A program made the translations under genes and the position numbers. The notes under the pieces were generated by a model. That model ran no database searches. It was given only the letters and a program-made list of their open reading frames with translations, and was not told where the DNA came from. Positions 40,549 through 50,255 of a stretch of DNA of 64,000 nucleotides are shown here, in pieces. Within the stretch, counting starts at the first letter, position 1. Every line of letters starts with the position of its first letter. This DNA is from Candidatus Krumholzibacteriota bacterium (GTDB taxonomy: Bacteria > Krumholzibacteriota > Krumholzibacteriia > JAJRXK01), in contig CAVSGG010000001.1 of NCBI GenBank assembly GCA_963727455.1, forward strand, positions 66,743-130,742, written 5' to 3'.

Positions 40549-41658
40549 ATGGATTCCAACACGCCGCGCGAGCCGGACTCTTCGCCTCGCGCTTCTCATT
40601 CTACTCGTTGCATTTGCATTACTGCTGGTGTCGGCGCTGCACTACGGTACGCCGCGCGGAGCTTCTTACCATGCGCTGCATGATGTTTGGCGACGACTGT
40701 ATTACGTACCCATCGTCCTGGGCGCCTTTCACTACGGATTGAAGGGCGGAGTACTCACCGCACTCGCGGCGACGCTTCTCTACCTTCCCCACGTCCTCTT
40801 TCAATGGGGGGGCATGGCCGGCGGGAATCAGTATTTGGAAATTATCATGTTCAACGTGATCGGTTTGGTGACGGGAACTCTCGCGGGAGAGCTGCGCGTC
40901 CAAGCGCGAGGAAGCGCGCGTTGCTTATGAGCGACTCGCCGCGAGCTTCGAGCGCAGCAAAGAGGCCGAGCGTCTGGCCGCCATGGGTCAGCTCTCCGCC
41001 TCCTTGGCCCACGAAATCCGCAATCCTTTGGCGAGCCTCAAGGGCAGCATGCCCATTCTTACCGAGGGCATCCCGAGCGAGGATTCGCGGCAGGAATTCG
41101 TGCAGATCGTCGAGAAGGAGATCCAGCGACTGGAGGGGCTTACCGGCCAATTTTTGAACTATGCCAAGCCCCCTGGTCCGAGCCTGGGCGGAGGACGATC
41201 TGGACGCGATGGTCCTGGGGGTGGCGCGCCTGGTGGAGAAACAGGCGCAACGACATCAGGTGAAGATCGAGACGGCATTTGGCCGGGAATCTTCCTCTGT
41301 CGCGCATGGACTCTTCGCGCATGCGTCAGGTGATTCTCAATCTGGCGCTCAATGCCGTCGAGGCCATGCCCCAAGGGTGGAGTTTTGCGCTTCATGACCG
41401 AACACGATCCTCGCGCCGGAGCTCTGGTGCTCGTGGTCGAGGATACGGGGCCGGGAATCGATGCCCAAGGTGCGCTCCCATCTATTCGAGCCCTTCGTTT
41501 CCACCAAAGAGAAGGGCACCGGACTCGGTCTGGCCGTCGTTTACCAGTGCGTACAGCTGCACCAAGGGGAGATCGAGGTGGGAGAATCCGAAGAAGGTGG
41601 CGCGCGCTTCACCATCAGTCTGCCTCTTTATCCCGACGAAGCGGCTCCCGGAGCTTAG
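40549..41658 (+). CDS. Sensor histidine kinase with His-containing intramembrane input domain; about 6 frameshifts (sequencing error or pseudogene)
   Basis: Consecutive fragments give LHYGT..YHALHDVWRRLYYVPI TM region, H-box AHEIRNPL, N-box NLALNAVEA, G1 DTGPGI, F/G2 FEPFVSTKEKGTGLGL. Confidence 0.82.
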
Positions 41659-41740
41659 AGCTGCGCGCAATTCCCTGGAATCCACCTCCTCGGTTTTCTA
41701 TTGTTGCTCTCAGAGATTCCCCATAACCCAGGAGAGCACG

Positions 41741-42985
41741 ATGGCAGCCGACAATACCGAGCGCACGAAATCACACGAGCATCACGGCCCGAGCTTCGCC
41801 CCCGCGACTCTCTGCGTACAGGCGGGCACTCAAGACGATCCCATCACCGGCGCCGTCGGAACTCCTATTTTTCAGACTTCGACCTTTCACTTCACGGCCG
41901 AAACCTACGAAGCCATGCGCATCGGGAAGCAGCGCGATCATCTCCTCTACACGAGATACGGCAATCCCAGTCAATGGTCCGTGCAGCGGAAGATCGCCGC
42001 GCTGGAGGGCACGGAGAGCGGGCTCCTCTTTTCTTCGGGCATGGCCGCCATCTCCACCACGCTCCTGAGCCTGATGAAGTCCGGCGATCACATGGTGACC
42101 ACCCATGACATCTATGGGGGTACTTCCGGTTTGCTCATCAACCACTTCCCCAAGTGGGGAATCGAGGCGAGCTACGTGGATCTCGAGGATCTGGCCGCCG
42201 TCGAAGCCGCCATCACCCCCAAGACCAAGCTGCTCTACTTCGAGGCCCTGACCAACCCCCTGCTCAAGTACGCGGACATCAAGGGCCTCGCGGCCATCGC
42301 CCGGCGACACGGCCTGAAGCTAGTGATCGATGCGACCTTCCTCACCCCCATCGGAATCAGGCCCATCTCGCTGGGTGCCGACCTGGTGATTCACTCCGCG
42401 ACGAAATACCTCAACGGACACAGTGATCTCTGCGCGGGCGTGGTCGCGGGCAGCAAGGAGCTCGTCGACGAGATCTGGGGTCGCATGATCTACCTCGGAG
42501 GATCCCTCGATCCGCACGCGGCGTTTCTGCTCGAACGCGGATTGAAGACGCTTCACTTGCGCATGCGCGCGCACCACGAGAACGCGTTGAAAATCGCTCG
42601 TTTCCTCGAGGGCCATCCCCACGTGAACAAGGTCATCCATCCCCTTCTGAGGAGCCATCCGGAGTACGAGCGAACGAGTCGCGAACTGGCCGGGATGGCG
42701 GGCGGAATGGTGACCTTCTTCGTGGAGGGCGGAGACGAGGCCGGACTCACCGTGTGTCACGAGACGAAAGTGGCTCGGGAAGCGACGAGTCTGGGTGGAG
42801 TGGAGACGCTGATCAGCATGCCCTTCAATTCTTCGCACATCCAGCTCACGCAAGAAGAGCGCGAGGCGGTGGGGATCCTTCCCGGATGCATTCGACTTTC
42901 GGTGGGAGTGGAGGATGCCCAGGACCTGATCGCGGATCTCGATCAGGCTCTGATGAAAGCACACGCTGTGGCGGGAGCGCATTGA
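41741..42985 (+). CDS. PLP-dependent trans-sulfuration enzyme (cystathionine gamma-synthase/lyase or methionine gamma-lyase family)
   Basis: YTRYGNP, FSSGMAAI, HSATKYLNGHSD, SLGGVETL, IRLSVGVE. Confidence 0.9.
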   Translation: MAADNTERTKSHEHHGPSFAPATLCVQAGTQDDPITGAVGTPIFQTSTFHFTAETYEAMRIGKQRDHLLYTRYGNPSQWSVQRKIAALEGTESGLLFSSGMAAISTTLLSLMKSGDHMVTTHDIYGGTSGLLINHFPKWGIEASYVDLEDLAAVEAAITPKTKLLYFEALTNPLLKYADIKGLAAIARRHGLKLVIDATFLTPIGIRPISLGADLVIHSATKYLNGHSDLCAGVVAGSKELVDEIWGRMIYLGGSLDPHAAFLLERGLKTLHLRMRAHHENALKIARFLEGHPHVNKVIHPLLRSHPEYERTSRELAGMAGGMVTFFVEGGDEAGLTVCHETKVAREATSLGGVETLISMPFNSSHIQLTQEEREAVGILPGCIRLSVGVEDAQDLIADLDQALMKAHAVAGAH

Positions 42986-43113
42986 TCAGGCTCTGCGGCC
43001 GCTGAATTTCACGCTCCATAGCTTTCCCGCTGCTTGCTCGAGCTGCGCGTCGAGTACTCCCGCGTGTTCGGGCGCTTGACCGGCGCCGCTTGGCGGACGA
43101 TGCTGGGTCCACC

Positions 43114-44506
43114 ATGACTGCCGCCCGCATCTTTCTGGTCGACGACGATGAGAGTCTGCGTCGGGTGACCTCCTATCACCTCGAGCAGGCCGGATTCGCC
43201 GTGACCCGGCTCGCCTCGGCCGAGGAGGCGCTCCGGGCTCTCGAAGCGGCCGAGCGCAAGCTTCCCTCATCGGCCTTCCCCCAGATTCTCATCACGGACG
43301 TGCGCATGCCCGGCATGGACGGGCTCAGTCTCTTGCGACTCTTGAAAGAGCGCTGGCCCCAGCTGGGAGTGATCGTGATCACGGCCCACGGCAGCGTGGA
43401 GGACGCGGTTGACGCCATGCGTGCGGGCGCGCACGACTACCTCTTGAAGCCCTTCGAGCACGAGACGCTGCGGCTCTCGGTGGACAAGTCGCTGCGCCTG
43501 AGCGAATTGCTGCGGGAAAATCGGCGTCTGCGCGCTCTCGCGGGCGATCGGCTTCGCCTGGAGAACATGATCGCATCGAGCGAGGCCATGGACGAGCTTC
43601 TACGGATGGCGGCGCAGGTGGCTCCCCGCACCACCACCGTTCTTCTTTTGGGCGAGAGCGGCACCGGGAAAGAAGTTTTGGCGCGCGCCATCCATCACGC
43701 CAGCGAACGACGCGAGGGTCCCTTCGTGGCGATCAGCGCCGGCTCGCTCCCCGAATCCCTGATCGACAGCGAACTCTTCGGGCACCGCAAGGGCGCGTTC
43801 ACCGGAGCCGATCGTGATCGCAAAGGGAAGTTCGAACTGGCCGAGGGGGGCACGCTCTTCTTGGACGAGATCGGTGAGTTGCACCCCGAACTTCAGGTGA
43901 AGCTCCTGCGGGCCCTGCAAGAGAGGGAAGTCGACCCCCTTGGCGCCAGTGCCTCGGTCAAGGTCGACGTACGGGTCATCGCGGCCACCAATCGCGACCT
44001 GGAGGCGATGGTGTCCGAGGGCAGCTTTCGCGAAGACCTCTACTATCGCCTCGCCGTCGTCACCCTGGTTCTTCCTCCTCTGCGCGAACGACGCGACGAC
44101 ATCCTGCCTCTTATCGCGCCATTTCGCGGCGCGGATTGCCGCGGCGAACGATCAGTCCGTTCCTGCGATCACCGCCGAGGCGGAACGGGCGCTGAACGCA
44201 TACGACTGGCCGGGTAACGTGCGTGAACTGGAAAACGTCATGGAACGCGCGTTGGCGCTTCACCCGGAAGGTCCCATCGAAGCGCAGGACCTTCCCGCCC
44301 GCTTGCGGAGCCAGGAGAACGCTTCGCCGCTGAGCATCGCTCTGCCCGAGGATGGACTCGACCTCACGGCGCTGGAGAAGGAGCTCATCCAGCGCGCTCT
44401 GGTGAAGTGCAAGGGAAACCGCAGCGCGACCGCGCGCTATCTGGGGCTGACCCGCAATACCCTCAACTACCGCCTGGAGAAGTACGGCATCAGTGATCCG
44501 GACTGA
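43114..44506 (+). CDS. sigma54-dependent NtrC-family response regulator (one frameshift near 44120)
   Basis: Receiver LVDDD/TDVRMP/KPF; GESGTGKE; GAFTGA; LFLDEIG; WPGNVREL; Fis-type HTH. Confidence 0.9.
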
Positions 44507-44523
44507 GGCTGACGCCCTAGAGA

Positions 44524-44919
44524 TTAGAGCTTGTCGATGGCGGCCTGCAGCTTGGCGCGCACTTGCTCCACCAGCTCGTTCATGCCCTCGTTCTGCACGA
44601 TCTTGAAGGCCTCTCTGGGATCGACGGCGGACACCGTCGTGCCCCCCTCCTTGCGCGCGGCCACGATCACGTTACAGGGGAGGAGAAGTCCGATGCCCGG
44701 CTCGGCCAAAAGAGCCTGGTGCGCGAAGGGCGGATTGCAAGTGCCCAGGATGAGATAGGGCGGGAAGTCCACATCGAGTTTCTTCCTCAGGGTCGCCCGC
44801 ACGTCGATCTCGCAGAGTACGCCGAAGCCCTCTTCCTTGAACGCGGCGGTGACTCGCTCGACGGCTTCGTCGAACTCGGTGTCGGGTAACTCACGGGTGA
44901 TGCCGTACGAAGGATTCAC
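44524..44919 (-). CDS. DUF302 domain protein
   Basis: GFGVLCEID, ILGTCNP, GLLLPCN; GTG start after AGAGG. Confidence 0.85.
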   Translation of the reverse strand: MNPSYGITRELPDTEFDEAVERVTAAFKEEGFGVLCEIDVRATLRKKLDVDFPPYLILGTCNPPFAHQALLAEPGIGLLLPCNVIVAARKEGGTTVSAVDPREAFKIVQNEGMNELVEQVRAKLQAAIDKL

Positions 44920-45393
44920 GATCGCCTCTTTGGTTGGGGTGGAAGCCGTGTCGCCCAATCTAAGCCCTCCATGTCTTCGGGCAAGCTGCCGGCGCTTCGC
45001 AGGGAGGGAGCGGCCGGGAGCCCGAATCGCGAAATCGAGAATGTGAAGGAGAGCTCCAAGAAGTCCGAATTGGAGCGATGCAATGCGGACTTTCACCATT
45101 TCTCGCTATTGCGACGGCGAGAAATCGGAACTCGCCCCCCCAGGGCCGAGTTCAAGAGGGGTCCATGGGGCAAGAGATGGCGCCCAGTCACCTGGATCCC
45201 CGGAGGACCCTCATGCTGCAGAAGCCATTCGATGCTTCGACTCCTTCCCCCCTGCGGTTTTGCACTCCGAGTTCCAAGCTTGCGGTTCGCGCGAGGCGAA
45301 GCGTGAAACTGGTGAACGCCTCCAAATCCCCGTGCAAGACATTCCCCAGAGGCGGCAATTCAGCCGCAGCGACGATTGGAAGGAGCGGACACG

Positions 45394-45978
45394 ATGAATA
45401 GACGGAGAATCGTATTCTTCGCGACCATGATCATTCTCTTCCCGGTGCTGGCATTGGCTGACACCCAAGCGATGCCGATGCAGGCCGCCGTGGCGCACTA
45501 CGCGGCCATGGCGAGAACGCTGTCGCAGGATTCCACCGAGGGGATCCAGGGACATGCCACCGCGCTGCTCGCCTTCATGGATGACCATGCCGACATGATG
45601 AAGTCGATGAAGGGTCAGAACATGAAGGAGATGCACAAGAAGATGATGAGCGATGACCCCGCGGCCGAAGCGAAGACGGACGTGCAGAGTCCGGACATGC
45701 AGATGCGCGCTGCGCTGACCACCCTGAGTTCCAAGGACCTCGGTCTGGAAAAGGCCCGTAGCGCCTTCGAGGATCTCAGCGCGCAGTTCATTCCCATGGC
45801 GCAAAAGATGTATCACCAGAGCGGGAATGCTCCCACCTGGGTCGTCATGAACTGTCCCGTGGTCAAAGCGGACTGGATTCAGACCAAAGGCGACGTTCGC
45901 AATCCCTATCTGGGCTCGAAAAAGCTGAGCTGCGGCAAGCAGATCGGCGTGTTGGGCGCGGAAGAAGCGCACTCCTAA
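45394..45978 (+). CDS. Exported Met-rich DUF3347-like metal-binding protein
   Basis: Signal peptide; Met-rich segment; CPVVKADW...VRNPYLG..KLSCG. Confidence 0.75.
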   Translation: MNRRRIVFFATMIILFPVLALADTQAMPMQAAVAHYAAMARTLSQDSTEGIQGHATALLAFMDDHADMMKSMKGQNMKEMHKKMMSDDPAAEAKTDVQSPDMQMRAALTTLSSKDLGLEKARSAFEDLSAQFIPMAQKMYHQSGNAPTWVVMNCPVVKADWIQTKGDVRNPYLGSKKLSCGKQIGVLGAEEAHS

Positions 45979-46068
45979 TTCGCTGAGGCCGTGATGCAAG
46001 GAGTTCGCATGACCCGCTAGAACCTTGCTTTGCGGCGAGTGGGGCAAACGAAGGACCCCACCGAAAGA

Positions 46069-46101
46069 AGGCCGGCCCCCCAGGGGGCCGGCCTCCCTTT
46101 T
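46069..46101. terminator. Bidirectional intrinsic terminator
   Basis: AGGCCGGCCCC-CCAG-GGGGCCGGCCT flanked by A/T runs, between convergent genes. Confidence 0.7.
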
Positions 46102-46139
46102 GCCATCGAATTGGCACGGACTCAGACGGAGTTTGGATC

Positions 46140-47195
46140 TCAGTGCTGACCGCTGGATCCGCCACTGCCGCTCCCGTCCATACCGCCACCGCCACCACCC
46201 ATGCCGCCACCGTCTCCGCCCATGCCACCTCCACCTTGCATGCCATCACCATGGTGCCCGCCACCCATCACTTCATCCACCGGGCTTCCACCGCCGTAAT
46301 CGTGCCCCATTTGGCGCGGTCCCATCCAACCCTGGCCCTGCATGGCCTGCATCATCTGACCCATCTGCTCGCGCTGCTGGATCCGCTGCTGCAATTCGTT
46401 GCAGAGCTGATTCTCGTCGCCGCCGTTCATGTGAGCCGCCATGAACATCTGACCGATCTGCCGCATCTCGCGACCCTCATAGCCCTGTTGCAGAGCCTCG
46501 CCGCAGAGTCCGAGCGCGCGTTCGGAAGGAAGCCCCAACTCTTTGAGCTCGGTGGCGGTTTCGCTCGCCGCCGCGAGATCGACGAGCGTACAGGAACCAT
46601 CCCGCAGACGATCCCGGGCCCGGTCGCGCAGCTGATCCAGTTCCGCTTCGTTCAGACCGCGCCACATGTTCAGGGCCACGCCGCGTTCCAGCTGACGCCG
46701 CACGCGGGGACCTCCCAGCTCCTCGATCCCTTCTTCACGCGCCTGATTCAAGTACTGGTGGGCGTGGCGGGTGAAGCCCTCCATGCGAGTGACCGCCCCT
46801 TCCACCGCCGCTTCGGGCGCATGCTTCATGGAACCTTCGGCGATCTTGTCGCAGAGGAGGTCGGTGGGCATTCCCTTGCGCGCGAGTTCCAGCACGGAGT
46901 TCTGCATTTTCAGGCGAGCCTGCGCGGAGTATTGCTGCGCATCTTCGGGAAAGAGAACCTCGAGCTGATCCTGCGGAATCTGAAGCTCGACACAATCCTT
47001 CAGATTCTGGCGCAGGCGATCGCGCTGCTGGTCGCTCGTCTTGTCGTACTCGTTCACCCGGTCCATGTAGCGGGTGAGAAGCTGGTCGCGGGTCTGAAGC
47101 TGATCGCCGGGCGACTGCGCCCAGGCCACGCTGCTCGTGAGAACGAGCAGGGCGAACAGAGCCAGGCTCACGAGGGTGTGAAAACGCTTTTTCAT
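46140..47195 (-). CDS. Secreted alpha-helical hypothetical protein with Met/Gly/His-rich tail
   Basis: Signal peptide ending AWA|Q; SD AAGGA; tail MGGGHHGDGMQGGGGMGG. Confidence 0.75.
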   Translation of the reverse strand: MKKRFHTLVSLALFALLVLTSSVAWAQSPGDQLQTRDQLLTRYMDRVNEYDKTSDQQRDRLRQNLKDCVELQIPQDQLEVLFPEDAQQYSAQARLKMQNSVLELARKGMPTDLLCDKIAEGSMKHAPEAAVEGAVTRMEGFTRHAHQYLNQAREEGIEELGGPRVRRQLERGVALNMWRGLNEAELDQLRDRARDRLRDGSCTLVDLAAASETATELKELGLPSERALGLCGEALQQGYEGREMRQIGQMFMAAHMNGGDENQLCNELQQRIQQREQMGQMMQAMQGQGWMGPRQMGHDYGGGSPVDEVMGGGHHGDGMQGGGGMGGDGGGMGGGGGGMDGSGSGGSSGQH

Positions 47196-47256
47196 GACGG
47201 AGTTCCTTTCCTGGTTCCGGCGTGACCGTGGGCTCCCGGTTCGCCGCTCTCAGAAA

Positions 47257-47287
47257 ATGAGACGCTCAAAGCTCTGGCGCGTTACGA
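47257..47287 (-). promoter_or_regulatory. ECF sigma promoter (copy 2)
   Basis: Minus strand TCGTAAC-N16-CGTCTCAT; matches the copy at 50188-50218. Confidence 0.7.
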
Positions 47288-47347
47288 GAAAAGTGGGTCC
47301 GGAGAGCTTCCCCGAGATTTCCTCCACGGCCTGGTCGATCCCCTTCC

Positions 47348-48675
47348 TCAAGGAATCTCCAAGAGGCCATTCTGGCCGCCGAAGCCATCGTCCACCCGCA
47401 ACACGCTCTCCGGCGGAGTCAGAGCCTTCCCGTCCACGAAATAGAGGTACTGGTACTGGCCAGGCGGAATCTTCACCGTCAGCTGCCACCAGCCGTCTCC
47501 CTCGGGTTTCAGCTCGTATTCGCTCTGCCGCCAGCCATTGAAATCGCCGCTGACACTGACCCGGTGGGCCTTCGGGGCCAGCACGCGAAACACCGTTCCC
47601 TCCGCCACTTGCTCGGACCGGGAGGGGTGACACTCCTGAAATCCGAAGTCGAGGGCAATGGCGGGCGCGAGCTCTGGGGCGACGAGGAGCCCAAACGCAG
47701 AGCGAATTCGATGCGATCGGTATCCTGTTGGAGTCCCTGCGGATCGGTATAGCTGCCCTGGGAGTAGCGCAGGCTCAAACTGGCTTTGGAAACGATCTCG
47801 TAGCTGGCGCCTACGCCCCACTGCTCGTAGTGATCGTCGTCGAGAGAAGCTGCGCGCTTGCCGAAGCTGCGGTCCTGGCGTCCGTAATCCAGGTCCAGCC
47901 GAAGGCGCCGTTGCGGCAGCCAGCGCAAGCTGAGCTCGCTGAGGATTGCGTTGCCGTCGTAGAGGGGATCCACGGAGTTCGTGCTGCGCCCGACGAAGGA
48001 AGCTCGCGCGAAGATTCTCGGAGTGAGCGAGGCGGTGACGACCAGTCCCAGATTGAGGCGAGCCTCCCGGTAGCTGGTGGACTGCCCCGAGTCGTTCAGA
48101 GCGTCCGCGCGAGGGTAGGAGGTCCCGCGTCCGCCAACGAAGCCTTCCACGCTGAGACGATTGAGCATGTAGCCGATGCCGACCTCTCCCCCGCCTCCAA
48201 TGCGGCGAAGAGTGCTCAGCTGGGTGTCGTTGAAGTAGTCGCCCGAAAGCGAGAAGCGCAAACGCGTCCGTACGGAGAGGGCATAGAAGAGATCGCCCCA
48301 GGCCACCTGCCCGTAGAGAGTGCGATCCTCGTCATTGAGAAAGCGCTCCGCGGTGGCGCGCATGCCCAAATGCAGATCGAGCCGCGGCGTGGGTTGACGC
48401 GTCGCTTCGATTCCCGGCGAAAAGTCCAGGAACGCCCCTCCGGGAACCACGATGGCGGCCCCGGCCGGGTCGAGCAGATAGTTGGTTTCGTGACCTCCCG
48501 AGACCCAGACGAAGGGTGAGAGTGTCCAGGGGGTTTGCGCCATGACGGGCGCGGCACCGAAAAGGAGCACGAATGCGGTCAGAAACGAGCCCGCAATGAC
48601 CGCGAGGGAGCCGGTCCCACGATGCCGCGCCCAAGAGTTCTCGCCCGAAGCGAAGTGGTAATCAATCCCCTGCAC
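47348..48675 (-). CDS. Predicted outer-membrane beta-barrel with C-terminal CBM48/AMPK-beta-type glycogen-binding domain (one frameshift near 47660)
   Basis: Signal peptide; alternating amphipathic strands; second frame gives VSVSGDFNGW...IPPGQYQYLYFVDG...DDGFGGQN. Confidence 0.68.
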
Positions 48676-48716
48676 GACCTCGCCCCCCCAGACCGAGTGC
48701 CAATGATCGTTCTTGC

Positions 48717-49481
48717 TCAGGCGCCCAATTCAAGCACGGCGTTACGATTCCCGAATCCGTCATCGCGAGTAAGGGGAGCCAAGGGATCGGTGACCCAACG
48801 CTTGCCGTCCTCGACGAACATGTACTCGTAGGCTCCCGGAGGGAGCACGAGATTCATCGTCCACACGGCGCCATTTTTCTGCATGGGAAGACCGTGCGCG
48901 TTCCATCCGTTGAAAGAGCCGGCCACCGTGACCGATTGCACATCCTCGTGCTGGGGCGCGTAAATGAGATGCACGACGCGAAAGCTCTCCGCGTTCGAGG
49001 CAGCGCCCGCGTTCACCAAAGAGGCGGACTCCGCTCGGGGTTGTTGCGCCAAATTCAGCGTGGCGGGGAGCTGCGCGATCCGCGCGGAGGAAGCCGGGGC
49101 TTCGATGCGCTCATTCGAACCGGAGACCGTCAAGCGGCCCAAGACGAAGGCCAGAACGAGGACCGCGGCCACCGCCAGGCCCTGGCGCCAGGAAAGCGAG
49201 AAGCCGCGCGCGCGCGTACCGGGCAGTTTCTGCGAGGCGCGCGAAGGCCGTTGCGCCGCGAGCTGCGCGGGCTCCGAGGCGATACGGTCCATTACCGCGT
49301 CGGCAAATCCCAGAGGGGCTTCGGACTGCTTCAGTTGATGGGCGCGGGCCAGGATGCGCTCGTAATCGTGCAGTTCGCTGGCCAATTCCGGGTCCTCTTG
49401 CAGCCGCTGCAAAAGCGCGCGGCCCTCGTTTTCGCTGAGTTCGCCGTCGAGATAACGAGCCAAGAGTGCGTCCATGTCCAT
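48717..49481 (-). CDS. Anti-sigma factor with TM helix and extracytoplasmic CBM48 domain
   Basis: LARYLDGEL...APLGFADAVM anti-sigma-like N-terminus; one TM; VAGSFNGW...LPPGAYEYMF...DDGFGNRN. Confidence 0.8.
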   Translation of the reverse strand: MDMDALLARYLDGELSENEGRALLQRLQEDPELASELHDYERILARAHQLKQSEAPLGFADAVMDRIASEPAQLAAQRPSRASQKLPGTRARGFSLSWRQGLAVAAVLVLAFVLGRLTVSGSNERIEAPASSARIAQLPATLNLAQQPRAESASLVNAGAASNAESFRVVHLIYAPQHEDVQSVTVAGSFNGWNAHGLPMQKNGAVWTMNLVLPPGAYEYMFVEDGKRWVTDPLAPLTRDDGFGNRNAVLELGA

Positions 49482-49527
49482 TCTCCTCTCACCCACATGC
49501 CCAAAGGTCGGGCGTTTTGTGCCGCGG

Positions 49528-50127
49528 TCAGGATCGTTTTGCGCGAAGCGAGCGCGGGGTCGGCCGCTCGCGCAAGAACTCGCGCAGGAGCTTGCGCGCC
49601 CGGTGCGATCGCACCTTGAGCGAGCCCACGCTGCTTTTGGTCAACGCGGCGATTTGCTCGTAGCCCAGTTCCTCCAAGTGCCGGAGCACGAAAACTTCTC
49701 GATAGTCCGCGGGCAAGCTCTCGAGCCCCTTTTGCAGCCGCGCATTGAACTCGCTCTCGCTCAGTTCAGCGAGCGGGTCGAAGGCGCTCCGGGTTTCCTC
49801 GAGCTTCGCCTCGTGTCCGCGGCGCTCCTCCAGCTCGTTCAAGGAGATGATCTTCGTGCGCTCCTTACTGCGCTGCCGGTCGCGAGCGGCGTGGAGGGCG
49901 ATCTGAACCAGCCAGGTGCTGAAGCGCGCCTCCCCCCGAAAGCCGCTCAGCGAGCGATAGGCCCGCACGAAAGTCTCTTGGGCGAGTTCTTCCGCACTGT
50001 CGGGATCGTTCACCAGGCGCAGCAGCATCCCGTAGACCGTATTTTGGTGCCTTTCGACCAGATGGCGAAATGCCTCGGTGTCGCCGCCGCGCACGCTCTC
50101 CACGATCTGTTCGTCGCTTCGGGTCAT
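49528..50127 (-). CDS. ECF (sigma24-type) RNA polymerase sigma factor
   Basis: AEELAQETFVRAY, FSTWLVQIA, YEQIA...VGSLKVRSHRAR. Confidence 0.92.
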   Translation of the reverse strand: MTRSDEQIVESVRGGDTEAFRHLVERHQNTVYGMLLRLVNDPDSAEELAQETFVRAYRSLSGFRGEARFSTWLVQIALHAARDRQRSKERTKIISLNELEERRGHEAKLEETRSAFDPLAELSESEFNARLQKGLESLPADYREVFVLRHLEELGYEQIAALTKSSVGSLKVRSHRARKLLREFLRERPTPRSLRAKRS

Positions 50128-50187
50128 CGATGTCCCCGTTCTGAGCGCTCGGCCGTGCGAGGCCGAACCGAAGGTGGGCCTCTGTGG

Positions 50188-50218
50188 ATGAGAAGCCGTC
50201 AGCGAGCGAAAGTTACGA
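50188..50218 (-). promoter_or_regulatory. ECF sigma autoregulatory promoter (copy 1)
   Basis: Minus strand TCGTAAC-N16-CTTCTCAT, 60 nt upstream of the sigma ATG. Confidence 0.68.
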
Positions 50219-50255
50219 ACTTTCTCGGCGGCAGGAAAAATTCTCTCGCCTTCGG

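Noticed and set aside
41279-42985. Apparent 568-aa fusion of a kinase N-box with the PLP enzyme
   Set aside because: Artefact of kinase frameshifts; the enzyme has its own SD (GGAGAG) and ATG at 41741
46091-46105. GG-N10-GC sigma54-like motif
   Set aside because: Poor -12 element, overlaps a terminator, and no downstream gene on that strand
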